Positions 1 through 16,052 of a stretch of DNA of 64,000 nt are shown piece by piece (position 1 is the stretch's first letter; each line of letters begins with the position of its first letter). Where the stretch lies: the NCBI RefSeq assembly GCF_009914755.1, contig NC_060937.1. The stretch is one strand, 5' to 3'. The stretch is from the human T2T-CHM13v2.0 reference genome, Homo sapiens. The position numbers were made by a program, and so were the translations under genes. Under the pieces are notes generated by a model. It made no database searches. It had not been told where the DNA came from and worked only from the letters and a program-made list of their open reading frames with translations.

Positions 1-2353
1 ACCAGATAGTAAACATGAATGCTGAATCAAGAATGAAAGAAAAACAGAAACATATATTTATGTAAACTTGTATTGATTCAACTAGGGAGAAACCCCACAG
101 CTTTCAAGGCCTGAGTCACAAATCATTGTGATCAGAAATGCTGATGTGCTAGGAATGCACAAGTATTTTTGCTTATTATCATGGCCCAGGCCTGTTGCAG
201 AGCAAGAGTTAAGCTGAAAAACAGTAAATATGGTTTTAAGCTTCCATTTATCAGGCAATATTTTGGGAAAGGGAGGACACAGTGGTGATGAGTCCAGGCT
301 TGTATATTGAGCTCTACACTCAGTCACCAAAAGATCCACATTTGGGAAAATCAGAGGGAGGTCACACCACCTTTCCAAACAAGAGAAAACTCTGTTCTTC
401 CCAAGATGACCTGAAATGTTCTAATTATTGGTTATTCCCTCTGGTCGGTGATGCAGCCAACAAGCACGTAGAGTTCAGTGAACCCACAAGCGCACAGCTG
501 TTATCTTTGACTTATGGCCAAAACAAAAATTGGAACAGAATTTACTCAGACAAGTGTAAAGGCTTCTGTTTAAAACAGCTATTTTCTAAGCCAGATAAAC
601 AGCTTTGAAATGGAGAAGAAATGAATCCTTTCCTAGAATGTCTGAACCAAAGTGAGGTCAGCATCTTGAAGACAAGATGTTAACATAGATTACCCACACG
701 GCTGCACAAGTCTCCCAAAGCATGAGACAGCCTCCACACCTCTGAGTTATCTGTAACTTTTTTTTTTTTTGGGGGGTCAACTTTTTGTGTTTTGGAAACA
801 ACTTTCTGCATTTGGGAAAGGTGGCTATGTTTAGTTAGTTGGTGACATAAAACATTAAGAACAGAGAATTGCTGTCCTGGAAGCTTCTGTGAGCCAGCAA
901 TTGCATAGGCTAGTGGCCTCTTTGGCCAGTAGCATCAGAGGCTCTTATGTGGCAGTTTGAGGGCAGAAAGAAACAGAGTGGTATTACTGTGGGCTTGAGT
1001 TAGTGATTCCGGCCTTTGAATTTCCACTAAGAAACATTAGCAAATACCCAATTTTTTATAGGTGGCAAAGGGACTGGTAAGAAATAGCTGGTAGGAGAAG
1101 CAGGGAAAAATCACCCTCCCAGTTACCTACACAAATACTGTGTGTCTGTGCTAATCTGGCAATCCATCTTACAATCACCAAACAGTGCAGAGCAAGGAAG
1201 CAATTCGCACTGCAATAGTGCTCCTCAGAGCTTTTCATAGCTTGATGCCTATTGCAGCTGCTTATATTGTACCAGCAGGTGGGTATAAAATAGCAGATTC
1301 CGGAGCCTACAAAAGCCGTGTCCCAGGGTAGAAGAGGAGATGATTTTTTTTCCAGTAGAGTGAATATGCATATCAATGTACCTGAATGGAGAGCTGGGTC
1401 CTGGTGAGCTGTCATCAGCACCAAATCTGTCTGTACTTCCATCTCAAGTGGTCTATTTGAGCGATAACAAGGCTTATGTAGCAAGGGTTTAAAAAGCCTG
1501 CTTCTCTCTTGATTCTAGGGGGTTTACAGACTACGTCTGCAGTGCGGACAGCCTTGAGCCCACTATCAACATTCATTCATTCCCAAATTCTCTCTGCACT
1601 CATCATTTGCAGCAATAATAAAATCTCACCAGTTTGGAAGTCCTGGGTTTTCTAGAATAGTAAGCACCAAGTATCCAGACATTGTAAGAACAATTATAAC
1701 TACATGGCATCGTGGCCTGTTCTAATATACTCTATCGTTAAGGCAGTCAGCTGCTTAATTAGTGTCAACTTCATACCCAGTGGGCAGGGATAGTTATCAG
1801 AAGCCCACTGAACAAATGGACGGGACGTTTCAAACCTTCGAGCATCAAGCTTCTCCAAAAATAACAAGAAGTGACAGCTGAAGTCATGCTTAACAGAATT
1901 GGTTTAAAAATGTGAAATGGTTTTTAAAAGCAGCACTGCCTTCATATTGGGTGTGAATGAGGCTTTGTATGAAATATTATAGGAGGGGAAATCCCTAATA
2001 AAGCTGAGACTCATGCTTTGTTCTCAGTGTCTGACAATTGGATCTCTCTAGATAATACTTGAAAGGACTGAGAGGTGTGGCAGCAGATGGGTGGGAGGCC
2101 AAGGCTGTGTAAAACAACCCTCTGAGAAAGAGTTTCAGCGAGCTGCATAAGCGGCACCATCAGGACCCATCTGTGTAACAATTCCAGGACTGTTGCTTAT
2201 CTGGTCATTTGTTTTCATAAAATGAGCAAGGAGAATCATGCCTGCCACATTCCTTGCCTCCCTTAGACCGTATGTCTCCTGCTGGTAGTTGTCTGGTTAT
2301 TTTATTTTACCCTTTCACCACCCGATTCATAGCTTTCTTAGAATCCTCTAACA

Positions 2354-2576
2354 CTGGGGTCAGAAAAATTTTTCTGTAAGAGGACAGATAGTAAATAGAT
2401 TAAAAGTTTGCAGACCATACAGTTTCCATCACAACTACTGAACGCTGAGGTTATAGCGTGACAGCAGCCACAGACAACACACAAATAAATGGGCATGGCT
2501 GAGTCCCAAGAAACGTTATCTACAAATATAGGTTGGGTGTCACATTTAGCCCACAGCCACAATTTGGGGATCTCTT
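2354..2576 (+). mobile_element. MER58A (hAT-Charlie DNA transposon MITE)
   Basis: Resembles the recalled MER58A consensus (..ttttctgtaa..gggcatggctg..); 8-bp hAT-type TSD ctctaaca (2346-2353) / ctctaaga (2577-2584). Confidence 0.85.
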
Positions 2577-2659
2577 CTCTAAGACACTGTATCTTAAATA
2601 AAGTCAGCTGTGGGAAATACTGTGGGTTTTATTTAGTTTTCTACACTTCCATAACTATC

Positions 2660-3480
2660 TGTGGTAGATTCTTAGAGCAGCAGCTCCCTCATTTGTTCAT
2701 GCCTCCCACTCTCCAGGCCCCGGGGAGTTTTCTTCCATACTGACGGTTATGGGCTGAATTGCATCCTCCCAAAATTCATATGCTGAAGGCCTAACCCTTA
2801 GTACTTCAGAATGTAACCATATTTGCAGATAAGGTCTTTAGAGGGATGATTAAGTTAACAATGAGGCCATAACCCCTAATCCAACATAACCAGTGTCCTT
2901 ATAAGAAGAGGAAGAGACACCAGAGATGCAAACATAGAGAAAAGACCATGTGAAGAGGCAGCAAGAGGGCAGCCATATGCAAGCCAACAAGATAGGCTTC
3001 AGAGGAAACAAGCCCCAGACACCTTGATCTTTGACTTTCAGATTCTAGAACCATGAGGAAACAAATTTCTGTTGTTTAAGCCACCTAACTTAGGGTATTT
3101 TGTTATGGCAGCCCAGGGAAACTAATATACTGACGCTGGGCCAATCATGTGACTTTGGCCAAGGGGCAGTAGCAAACACGATATAAGCAAAGACTTGGAA
3201 AATGTCTCTTGCTGCTCTTGAGAGTCCTGCCAGCAACTAAGTCTGGGCTAATCTGCTGGATGGGGCGATAACATGGCCAGTCAGCTCATCAAGTCAAACC
3301 CCAGAAGCAGCTGCCTAGCTGACTGCCAGCCACCACACATGCATGAGAGACTCCAACAGAGATCAGCAGAAGAGCCACACAGCTGAGACCAGTCCCAACT
3401 GTGGACCCACAGAATATTGCTATTGTTTTAAACCATGAAGTTTTAAGGTAGTTTGTTACATACATGAGGCAACTGGTATA
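2660..3480 (+). mobile_element. Old MaLR LTR (MLT1G/H-like), interrupted by MLT1B
   Basis: Starts tgtggtag; MaLR-type 3' end (tattgttttaaaccatgaagttttaaggtagtttgtta); the two halves join across the MLT1B insertion. Confidence 0.7.
2745..3129 (+). mobile_element. MLT1B solo LTR (ERVL-MaLR)
   Basis: gttatgggctgaattg...gtattttgttatggcagccc..actaatata; perfect 5-bp TSD ctgac (2740-2744 / 3130-3134). Confidence 0.85.
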
Positions 3481-3659
3481 CCACCTACCCACTTCCCATG
3501 TTTTCTCTACCCTAATACTCAGACTATCTTCTTTGTCTCTTGCTTACTTGGGCTGCTTCAAAGCGGCACTCCTTTATTCAACTCTGGCCTACCCTCTCCA
3601 ACCAGCTGGTAGTTCAGTCTGGTGCCTCATCCACTCAAGACACCACTCTCTGCTGGGTG

Positions 3660-4273
3660 AGCATATTCATTTTCTCTTGCTATGATAACAAATTACCATA
3701 AACTTTGCAACTTAAAACAGCATGCACATTTATTATCTCCAAGGTCTGTAGGTCAGAAGCTTGACACGGATCTCACCAGGTTAAAATCAAAGTGTCGGCA
3801 GGACTGTGTTCCTTCCTGTAGGCTCTGAATCAGTTTCCTTGCTATTCAGATTGTTGGTAGAATTTATTTTCTTGCTGCTGTAGGATGGAGAGCTCTGTTT
3901 TCTTGCTGGCTGTGAGCTAAGGGGTGTTCCCAGCCTCCAGGGAACACCCACATGTCTCAGCTGTTAGTTCCTTTCTTCCATCTTCAAAGCCAGCAAGGTA
4001 GGTCAAGTCCCTCTCATGTTTCAAATCTCTCCTGCCTCTTCATTTATCACATTTCTCCGACTCCAGTGAGCAAAATTTCTCTGCTTTTAAGGGTTTATGT
4101 GATTAGATGGGGCCCACCCTGATAATCCAGGATGATCTCCCTATCTCCAGATCCATAACCTTGATCCCATCTGTAAAAAGCCCCTTTTGCCACATAACAT
4201 AGCACATTCATAGGATCTAGGGATGAGGATGTGGATATTTTGAAAAAAGAAGGGATACATTATTCTGACTACA
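3660..4273 (-). mobile_element. MLT1E-type MaLR LTR
   Basis: ataacaaattaccataaactt..cttaaaaca, gggcccacc..gataatccaggat and attattctg.ctac landmarks of the MLT1D/E family in reverse orientation. Confidence 0.8.
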
Positions 4274-4307
4274 ATAGTTGGCAACTTGTGGCAATGAAAT
4301 CAGAGAC

Positions 4308-4617
4308 TGCCTGGCAGTGGTGGCTCATGTCTGTAATCCCAGCACACTTTGGGAGGCTGAGGCAAGAGGATCACTTGAGCTGAGGAATTTGAGACCAGCC
4401 TGGGCAACATAGTGAGACCCCTTGCTTTCAAAAGAATTTTTGAAAATAGCCAGGTGTGGTGACATGTACCCGTAGTCCCAGCTGCTCAGGTGGCTGAGGC
4501 AGGAAGCTCTCTTGAGCCCAAGAGGTCAAGGCAATAGTGAGTCGTGATCATGCCACTGTATTCCAGCCTGGGCAACAGAGCAAGACCCTGTCTCAAAAAA
4601 AAAAAAAAAAAAAAAAA
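4308..4617 (+). mobile_element. AluJ
   Basis: Full dimer with J-type diagnostics (gaggatcacttgagc, aggtcaaggc) and a poly(A) tail; degenerate TSD gaaatca(g/c)aga. Confidence 0.95.
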
Positions 4618-5114
4618 GAACAGAGAAAAAGGAAGAAATCACAGATTCTAGTTCTCACCAACTCTCCATTACAATGGGGATTTTTACAAAGCTAACTACA
4701 AACTCGATGTGGCCCAATCCCCTCCACAACCACCATAGAGCAGCCCCAATAGTCTAAAATTGCTGCTCTTATTTTCTGTGGAGTAGTCTTCACCCATGTG
4801 TCCTTGCATCTGTACAGCTCTTCTCCATACATAGTTGCAAATTAGGACATGTGGACTATGAGCACCTGAATATAAGGTTTTCAAGAATAGTGTCTAGAAT
4901 CCTTTATGTCATTGTCTTAGGAAAATGAGTTTTAACAGGTAGTCATTTTTCTATCCCTGCTGCTTCAAGCTCTAAGATGCTGCTAGGCTAACATCTAATA
5001 GTGTGTACAAGGGAAGTGCCAGTGTTATAACGAGTATCATAAGTTTCTACTCCTATCTACATGGAATTTTGCAAACTGGTTTATCGTAGCCTATTAAAGC
5101 TACCAAGACCCATT

Positions 5115-5950
5115 CTATATCAGTTAGGATGCCTTCAGCTGCAAGAAAAAGAAACCGATTTAAACTGGCACACACAATATGAAAAATTACTATTTCACAT
5201 TACAAGAAGCATGGACACGGATCAGACTTCAGGGTTAGTTAACTCTGTGGCTCAGAAAAATAATCAAGGTCCCAGTTTCATTCTCTCTCTCCACCCTGAC
5301 ATTCTTGTGTCTCAAGTAGGGAGCAAGGTGTCTGCAGCTCTTTCTGGCATCACATCCAATTAAAATAACATCCAGAGGAAGAAGGGCGATTGTCTCTTCC
5401 TGTGCCTCTATCTTTGTTGTGAGGAAACGTTTTCCTACAAGTTCCCCCGGTAGACTTCCCTCTGGTTTCATTGGCAGAATTGACCTAATTTTAAAGCAAG
5501 GCAAGGGAATGAGAACATGTCACTTCATCAAGGCCTTCCTTGATCCCTTGATCACCCTTTTAAAACGGCAAGCGCTCCCGACAACATCTCCCAGCATTCC
5601 CTTCTGCCCCTGCTAAGGCCAGGTTTTTCTCCTTAGTTTTTATCAGCACACGATTTGCTTTGTTATTTGTACTTTTTCTTCCACACACATGAGAATGTCA
5701 GTTTCATTGTGTTAGGGATCCAGGGTTGTTTTATTCGCATAAAACAGTATGTGTCACATAATAAGGGTCTCTTGATATTGTTACATAATTGAATGAGTTA
5801 TAACCCTTAAACTAATCAAGCCCTTGGTGCAAAAAGTAAGATCCACTTCTCCTAAGTCATATGGCTGTGGTGGGGAGGGTGAATTACAGAACAAAATTGA
5901 GTTAATGTTATGAGAAGGTGTGGGGAGTAAATGCTACATAGGCAACCTAC
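5115..5950 (-). mobile_element. MLT1K/L-type MaLR LTR with an L2-like fragment inside (about 5520-5800)
   Basis: tcagttaggatgccttcagctgcaag start, cattggcagaattg and cagaacaaaattg landmarks; highly diverged. Confidence 0.6.
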
Positions 5951-6268
5951 ATCCTCACTCTTCATTTCCCACCACGACCATCACCAATATTGACAGACAG
6001 GCATGTCAAATCTTAGAGGGGCTTACAGGTCTCAGGTTGTCTTTTCTTCCAAGGAGTCCTGGTCCAAACTAGACAGATAGAAACTATTTTTCAGAGCTCT
6101 ATTTATGCTATCATCATTTAGGGTAGAAGGAATGATTACTGATCAAGTCCAGTGGTTTTATTTAATCTTTGCTATTCCAATAGTTGTAATACTTTATATA
6201 ACTTACTCTTAGAATTCTGAGGAAACAATTTACCTAAAGTTTGCATGCTAATAAGAAGGGGGTTTCTC

Positions 6269-6468
6269 AGCCAGACAAAGTGGCTCATGCCTGTAATCCC
6301 AACACTTTGGGAGGCTGAGGCTAGAGGATCACTTGAGGCCGGGAGTTCAAGACCAGACTGGGCAACATAGGGAGACCCCCATCTCTATGAAAAATTTTAA
6401 AAATTAGCTGGGCGTGGAGGCATATACTTGTAGTCCCAGCTACTCAGAGGCTGAGACAGGAGGATTAC
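6269..6468 (+). mobile_element. AluJ, 3'-truncated in the right arm with a fold-back inversion (6469-6490)
   Basis: Left arm, linker and start of right arm are present; no A-tail; degenerate TSD gaagggggtttctc / gaaggtggggttttcc. Confidence 0.9.
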
Positions 6469-6957
6469 CTCAGCCTCTAAGTAGCTGGGAGGGGGGGAAG
6501 GTGGGGTTTTCCTGGAAATAACCTACTAAAGAAATTAATGGAAGCAGTAAAAGGGCCTAAGGAAAGCCATTAGGCTGATATCAGGCTATTCAAAGCACCC
6601 CAGCTGGAGGCACCTGAGCAACACTTGGGAAAGGCAGCAAGCTTCATAATGAACATCAGACATTTATGGCATAATCCATAATATTTCCCAGCATATTCTG
6701 CTCTGAAGGTTTTTGAGAGCCTGAAGGTAGGGGATCACCAGGTCTTTTAAGATCTCCTCCTACACCCCTCCCTCAGAGAAGAACCAATATGTTCACTGCA
6801 GAGAGATGTAGATCGGGTGCCCGGTTGATGTCAATCCTAGAAATCTCTTTCCATTCTCCTTCCGAAGACCTTTCTTTACCTTTGAGAAGAAAACAAGGGG
6901 AACATTTGGTCTGTTTATCCTGAATCATTAGCATGGGAGGGTCTTGCTACATACATA

Positions 6958-7036
6958 TTAGGTAGCTGCAAAAGTAATTACAGTTTGGGGCATTACTTCA
7001 ATGGCAAAAACCGCAATTACTTTTGCACCAACATAA
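6958..7036. mobile_element. MADE1 (Hsmar1-derived mariner MITE)
   Basis: About 80-bp palindromic element ttaggtagctgcaaaagtaatt...aattacttttgcaccaacataa, flanked by TA on both sides. Confidence 0.95.
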
Positions 7037-7339
7037 TATGACCCAACCTAACCCAGGCTCCAGGGTACTCTTCCCCTTGCAAGCCACTTTGCCTAAGTAA
7101 GGCTTGCTTCCTTCAGAATCCTCACTTCACTTCGTCATTGCCCTCACCATCTCCCACAGGCTTTGTTCCCCTGGGGAGCTGATTCCACTCCAACAAGCAA
7201 CCAAAGGACAGCCTGAATGACTTCTGCCAGTTTCCATCCCTAGACCTCCAAACTTCTTCCTGGAATTCCTTATAGCCTCTGGGGCCAGCTCCTTTCAAAG
7301 AAGCTAACCCTCTTTAGGCACTCCCTGAGGAAACCCTCA

Positions 7340-8360
<1,021 letters not shown>

Positions 8361-9379
8361 TTACCTAGGTAGTTCATTCTCAGGGCAGACACAACTAAAC
8401 ATGCTTTTAAGATCACACTTTTAGGTCCTGCTTTTAAATTTGCAGTCTAATTGAGTGTCAATTATATATTGTACCAGATCTTTGTCTTCCTTATCAGATT
8501 AAAGTTCTTCATTAAATAAGAATAGACTTGACTCTTGTGCATATTGTATTTATGCTATATTATTTTTCTATGTACTACTTCGGATGCCTGAGATGATCAT
8601 TATAAATTACTTTTTATTATTCTAAATTTGTATTATCCCCTTAAGTGGTATATTGAATTGCTATAGTTCACAACCTCCAGCCATAAAATACAAAGCAATA
8701 AAATCTTCTAATTAATGCACACATATGCAAAGTTTATAATTAAATGCAAAGCTATAATTGGACCCAGTGCCCCATCTAACACAAAACAGCAATAGCAATG
8801 AACTAGAAGGAAAAAATAATAGCTGGAATACTCAGTCATTGAAGTTGAAATGGTTATTTACAATAACTTAAAGAAAAAACATTATTCCAGATTGTACAGA
8901 GAAGAAATATCCATAAAACCAATAAGGAGAAAATCTCTCTCAATTTATCATTACACAGGCGGATAAGGTCTACTATGCTTGTAACACACTAAGGTAGGGG
9001 AAGACCATAGCAAATTTATGGATGTGGTAGCTAAGGAAATAAGCTCATCTGTTGACTATAATCTACCCACATATACCCCTACACAGAGCCAAAAAAAAAA
9101 AAAAAAATACACACACACATATCTCCATTGCTGGGAGCCTTAAATTCCCACTTCTACTTGATTTTTCTTTTACAAATTTCCATATAAATATTACGACTCT
9201 TGCTGCAAATGGAGTTATTCTATCTTTGACTACAAAGTATTTCTGATGATATCAACTGACCTGCAAATACACTTTTCATGAATAACTTGTTCTTAAATTT
9301 TAAGAAATTAATAAGTTAGTAGTTCTGAATTTCATATGGAATGGAAAAAATCTACATTATTGTGTTCTATCAGTTTTAG

Positions 9380-10250
9380 GACCTAATTAACCAAAGTTGC
9401 TCCTCCCCTAGTCTTCTAATTGAGCAGTAAATGTCACCACTATCCACACAGCATCCCCTCAAGGCAGAGCATAGCAATCATTCATCATTCCTTTATTTCT
9501 CTCTACCGTGGGGCATGTTCAATCCATCAATATATCCTATTAGTTCTAGCTCCAAAATGCAGCATGAGTTCATCTCCATCTTTCGGTCTCTACAGCCACA
9601 GCTATAATCCAACCCTCTATCCACTATTAGTGGACCACTGAGGTAGCCCCTTAACTCCTCTCCTAATATTCACTTTCCCCACCTTGCATCCATCCTCTGT
9701 GACTGCAGCCACTCAGTCATTTTTCACAAATATAAATTGAATCATCATACTGCTTTGTTTAAAGAATGTTCAAGGCTTCCCATTTTCTTGTGGGTAAAAG
9801 ACCATGCTTGGTCTGGCCCCTTTTGGGAACTCATCTTGACCCACTCTTCACTCCTCTCTGAACTCAAGCCCACAGCCATCCTTCAGCTCCTGGATCATTT
9901 CCTTTCTCCTCAGGGACTTTGCCTATTCCTCCCTCTCTGCTACACTTGCTTAATTCCTAACCATTGTTCATAACTCAATGCAAAAGTCACCTCCGCTAAG
10001 AAATCCTCCCTAGTCCCCACGTAAAAAGTCAGAGTACCTCTCACATATTCTCAAAATACAATGGACTTTTTCTTCACAGCACTAATTATAGTTGAAATTC
10101 TATATGTGTCTGGAAAATTATTTAATTACTATTTTTCTACCTCCACTAGACTACATGTGGGTTCTCTATAATGTCCTTTGCCCCTAAGAGCGTCAGAGTT
10201 TGGCACTTAGTAGGTAATCATTATGTATTTATTGAATGAATACTGGATAG
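9380..10250. mobile_element. L2 relic
   Basis: Pyrimidine-rich L2-like body ending in tggcacttagtaggtaatca..ttattgaatgaat (L2 3' terminus). Confidence 0.65.
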
Positions 10251-11449
10251 AGAAAAGAAATAGCCTAAATATATGGAATTTTCACTTTTGCCTTCTTTAT
10301 CAACCATCAACAGCAGGTGGAATAAAAATCCTGTCAGGGCACGTGAATCTCCTATTGTGATCCCTGAAGTTCTGCTGTGCTCAAGACAGATGGAAACCCT
10401 GCAGCAGCCTCGCAGAATGGCTCTCAGATATGACCTGCATATAAAGCAGAGAGCAGGATGATGCTCCAGAGCCGAGTGCCGGCAGCCTGTTGACATCCAT
10501 AAAATACAAGGTTAGCTCCGGCTTTGACCCTCTCAGGTCCAGTAAAACATGGCAAAAATGTAGAGAAGGGGTGAGCTGCTGTCTTGGAATTATTCCAGAC
10601 AATTTGAATATATGACCAATGTTTAAATATATGACTGTTTTTCAGCCACTCTGAATTATCTGCAAATGTGCTATCATCTTTTTAACCTCCAAAAGCAAGA
10701 GACTAAATGCTTTGACAGTGATTTTTCTTCTTTCTGGCATTTCCAGGTGACATATTTTAGTGAGATAAAAATAAGGGTAATGCTTTCTGACCCTCTCTTT
10801 TGTAACTCCCACAAAGATATCATGTCTTGACCATATGAGATGTGGAAGGCAGAGAAGTGACCAACCTGGGGAGGAGAGATGGCCACCCCTAGGAAGGAGC
10901 CAAGAGGCCAAACACTGGGCCCAGTGTATGCAGTGAATGCTCACTTGCTCCAGGAAGGAGGCAGTATGCATGTTTCTAGGCCCCAGGTGCTGGCTGAGCA
11001 CACAAGGGACTTATGGGTGGCAGGAGTTCTGGGCATCAGGTGGTGCCTGAGCCATGGGCTGTGAAAGATGATAGAAGCAGGATCCCACTCTCAGAAAGGG
11101 GCCAGTAGTAACCAGGCAAGAAGAACCACTGTCCCTGGCCAAGTAAACTTGGTTTATGGAAAGTGGCAGGGGTAATTGAGAAAGAGAGAGGACAAAAATC
11201 CAACCAGACTGACTCTCCCCCTCGCTCATCACACTCATCTTTGAATTTTATTGAGATTCCATAAGTGTGTATGCTTTTAATGGGCTCATTTTCTGATTTT
11301 TGTCCCTGTGATGAATCTGCCAGGAACACCCCCAACCCTGGATCAATTCAACCACCTACATGTCCATTCACATATCTGATCACTAATCAGGTAACTCAGG
11401 AGAAAATTCTCCTGAGTGGGATGGTCCAATTACTAAAATTAATGACCTA

Positions 11450-13000
<1,551 letters not shown>

Positions 13001-13574
13001 CTTGTCTTAAATTTGTCCTCCAGAGTTCTCTGCTTTTATTTTGTAAAAGACAAACTTTGGGGAAAATAACAAAACTTCTAGCATATCACATAAATGATTC
13101 CCAATCTGAAGAACACCATTACTTCCCCTCATAATCAGTATATTATAGGTAAGTTGATAATACTTATTGCATAATGTTTTTGTGAGTTCGTTATATGTAA
13201 AAGGTTTAGAAGAGGGTTCCATACAAAAGAGTGCTCAAAAAATTATGTAATCTTCTACTAAAAACTCACTAATGTTCAGTAAATAAATAACTGAGATGCT
13301 CAGCAGAGGATTTGGTGATTTGCATCCCAGTGTTAAGAAGGTGCCCAGAAAACCAAGTGTGGGCCCAGCAGACTTCAGATTCCAGTTTACTTGGGAAGAA
13401 ATGGTTGACATGATATCAGTTAAGGCCTTCAGTGGTTTAAAGATTGAATTTCTGATTTCTACAACCCACATGTAAGTAGGCAGAGCAATTTGGGATAAAG
13501 AGTACATTAACCATGAGATTTCTTTGTCTGTTTCTTATTTTTACCTCTATTGGGAATGATTTGTTAGCATTTCC

Positions 13575-13815
13575 TTCTTCGCTTTTTAATTTTTTTGAGA
13601 TCTTTTAGAATAGACACATACAGGATAAGATGAACTGTATTTCACTCAGTGAATTAGAAACATGTTCTAACTCATGCTGCCTGGGTAATGGGTGATAAGA
13701 TCTTTGCTTTTTCTGTCTGAAATCTTTGAGCATCAATACATATAGGATAAGAACTATATTGCACTTAGTGGAAACTCAAGTTATAACTGATGTTCCCCGG
13801 GTAATTAATGATGAA
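13575..13815. repeat. Diverged two-copy tandem duplication, period about 122 bp
   Basis: ggataaga at 13623 and 13745, with colinear shared blocks on both sides. Confidence 0.8.
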
Positions 13816-14271
13816 AAAATGATCAAATGATGACAATGAAGATGCTGATCAACAGTGTCTCTTCTCTAACCCACCTATATGACATAAGTTTGACGAGAGA
13901 AATTTCTAGAACCTGGTAACCTTAAGGAGGGTTTTACATGAAAATACAGTCATCTTGCAGAATCACAGGTGGCAGACCTTGTCTCTGTCAGAGGCACTGA
14001 AATTTATGCTGCAAAAGTACGTCTCTGTGCTCTTTCACATCAACCTCCAAGACATGCCTGAACTTCCATTAATGATCTGTCATTGTTATTTATCTAAACC
14101 AGGCTGACAAGCTATTTACGTTATTAGCTCCCTCTAACATTTGTGGAGAGTGAGTTTCTCACATTCCAAACTTATTTCTTTCAGCTCTAAAGGGGTCACT
14201 CTGGTATACCCAGATTTGGGGGAAAAAAACAATAAAGGGCTAAAGGAGAAAACGCTTGAGTAAAACCATGA

Positions 14272-14738
<467 letters not shown>

Positions 14739-15028
14739 AAAAGCACATTATTTTTTAAAAGAGAGACTAGCTATTACATTTTAGACATTTTTATTCTTCT
14801 TACTCCTTATTGTTCTAGGATTCAGAAAAGATGTTCATACAATTTACTTGTCTATATAAACATATGGTGCTAGTGCCTAGCCCGGGGTAAGTATGACAAA
14901 TGATCATCATTACTGTTGTTATTATTGTCATTATGATTATCAGCTCCCATACTCCAGTGGGGATATGACCAGAGGACAGAGGCAACTCTTAGTATGTATT
15001 AGTATATCTTCTATTTAGGGAGATTAGG

Positions 15029-15495
<467 letters not shown>

Positions 15496-15735
15496 TAATT
15501 ATCTTAATTTTACATACAGAAAAACTACACCAAATGAAGCAGATCAACTTTGCCACAGCAATCAATGGAAGATTTGTTCCTGAATTTCTGCCTTTCAGTC
15601 TCCTAGCTTTTTGCTCTTTCCTTTTGAGGTTGAAGGATTGGGATGCAAGGGAGGTCGGAGATGAAAGACAATATTACAGGAAGCTCTTCTCGAGGTTATC
15701 TGTGTCCCACAACATATACAAGATATAGAGTTGTC

Positions 15736-16052
<317 letters not shown>

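Noticed and set aside
82-1484. ORFs of 98-142 aa at the window start and TATA/E-box motifs near 1255-1295
   Set aside because: No recognisable homology or exon chain; the motifs are too short to support a call without conservation data.
13808-13850. ATGATGA...CTGA, like C/D snoRNA boxes
   Set aside because: The span is too short, there is no terminal stem, and it lies in ATG-rich low-complexity sequence.
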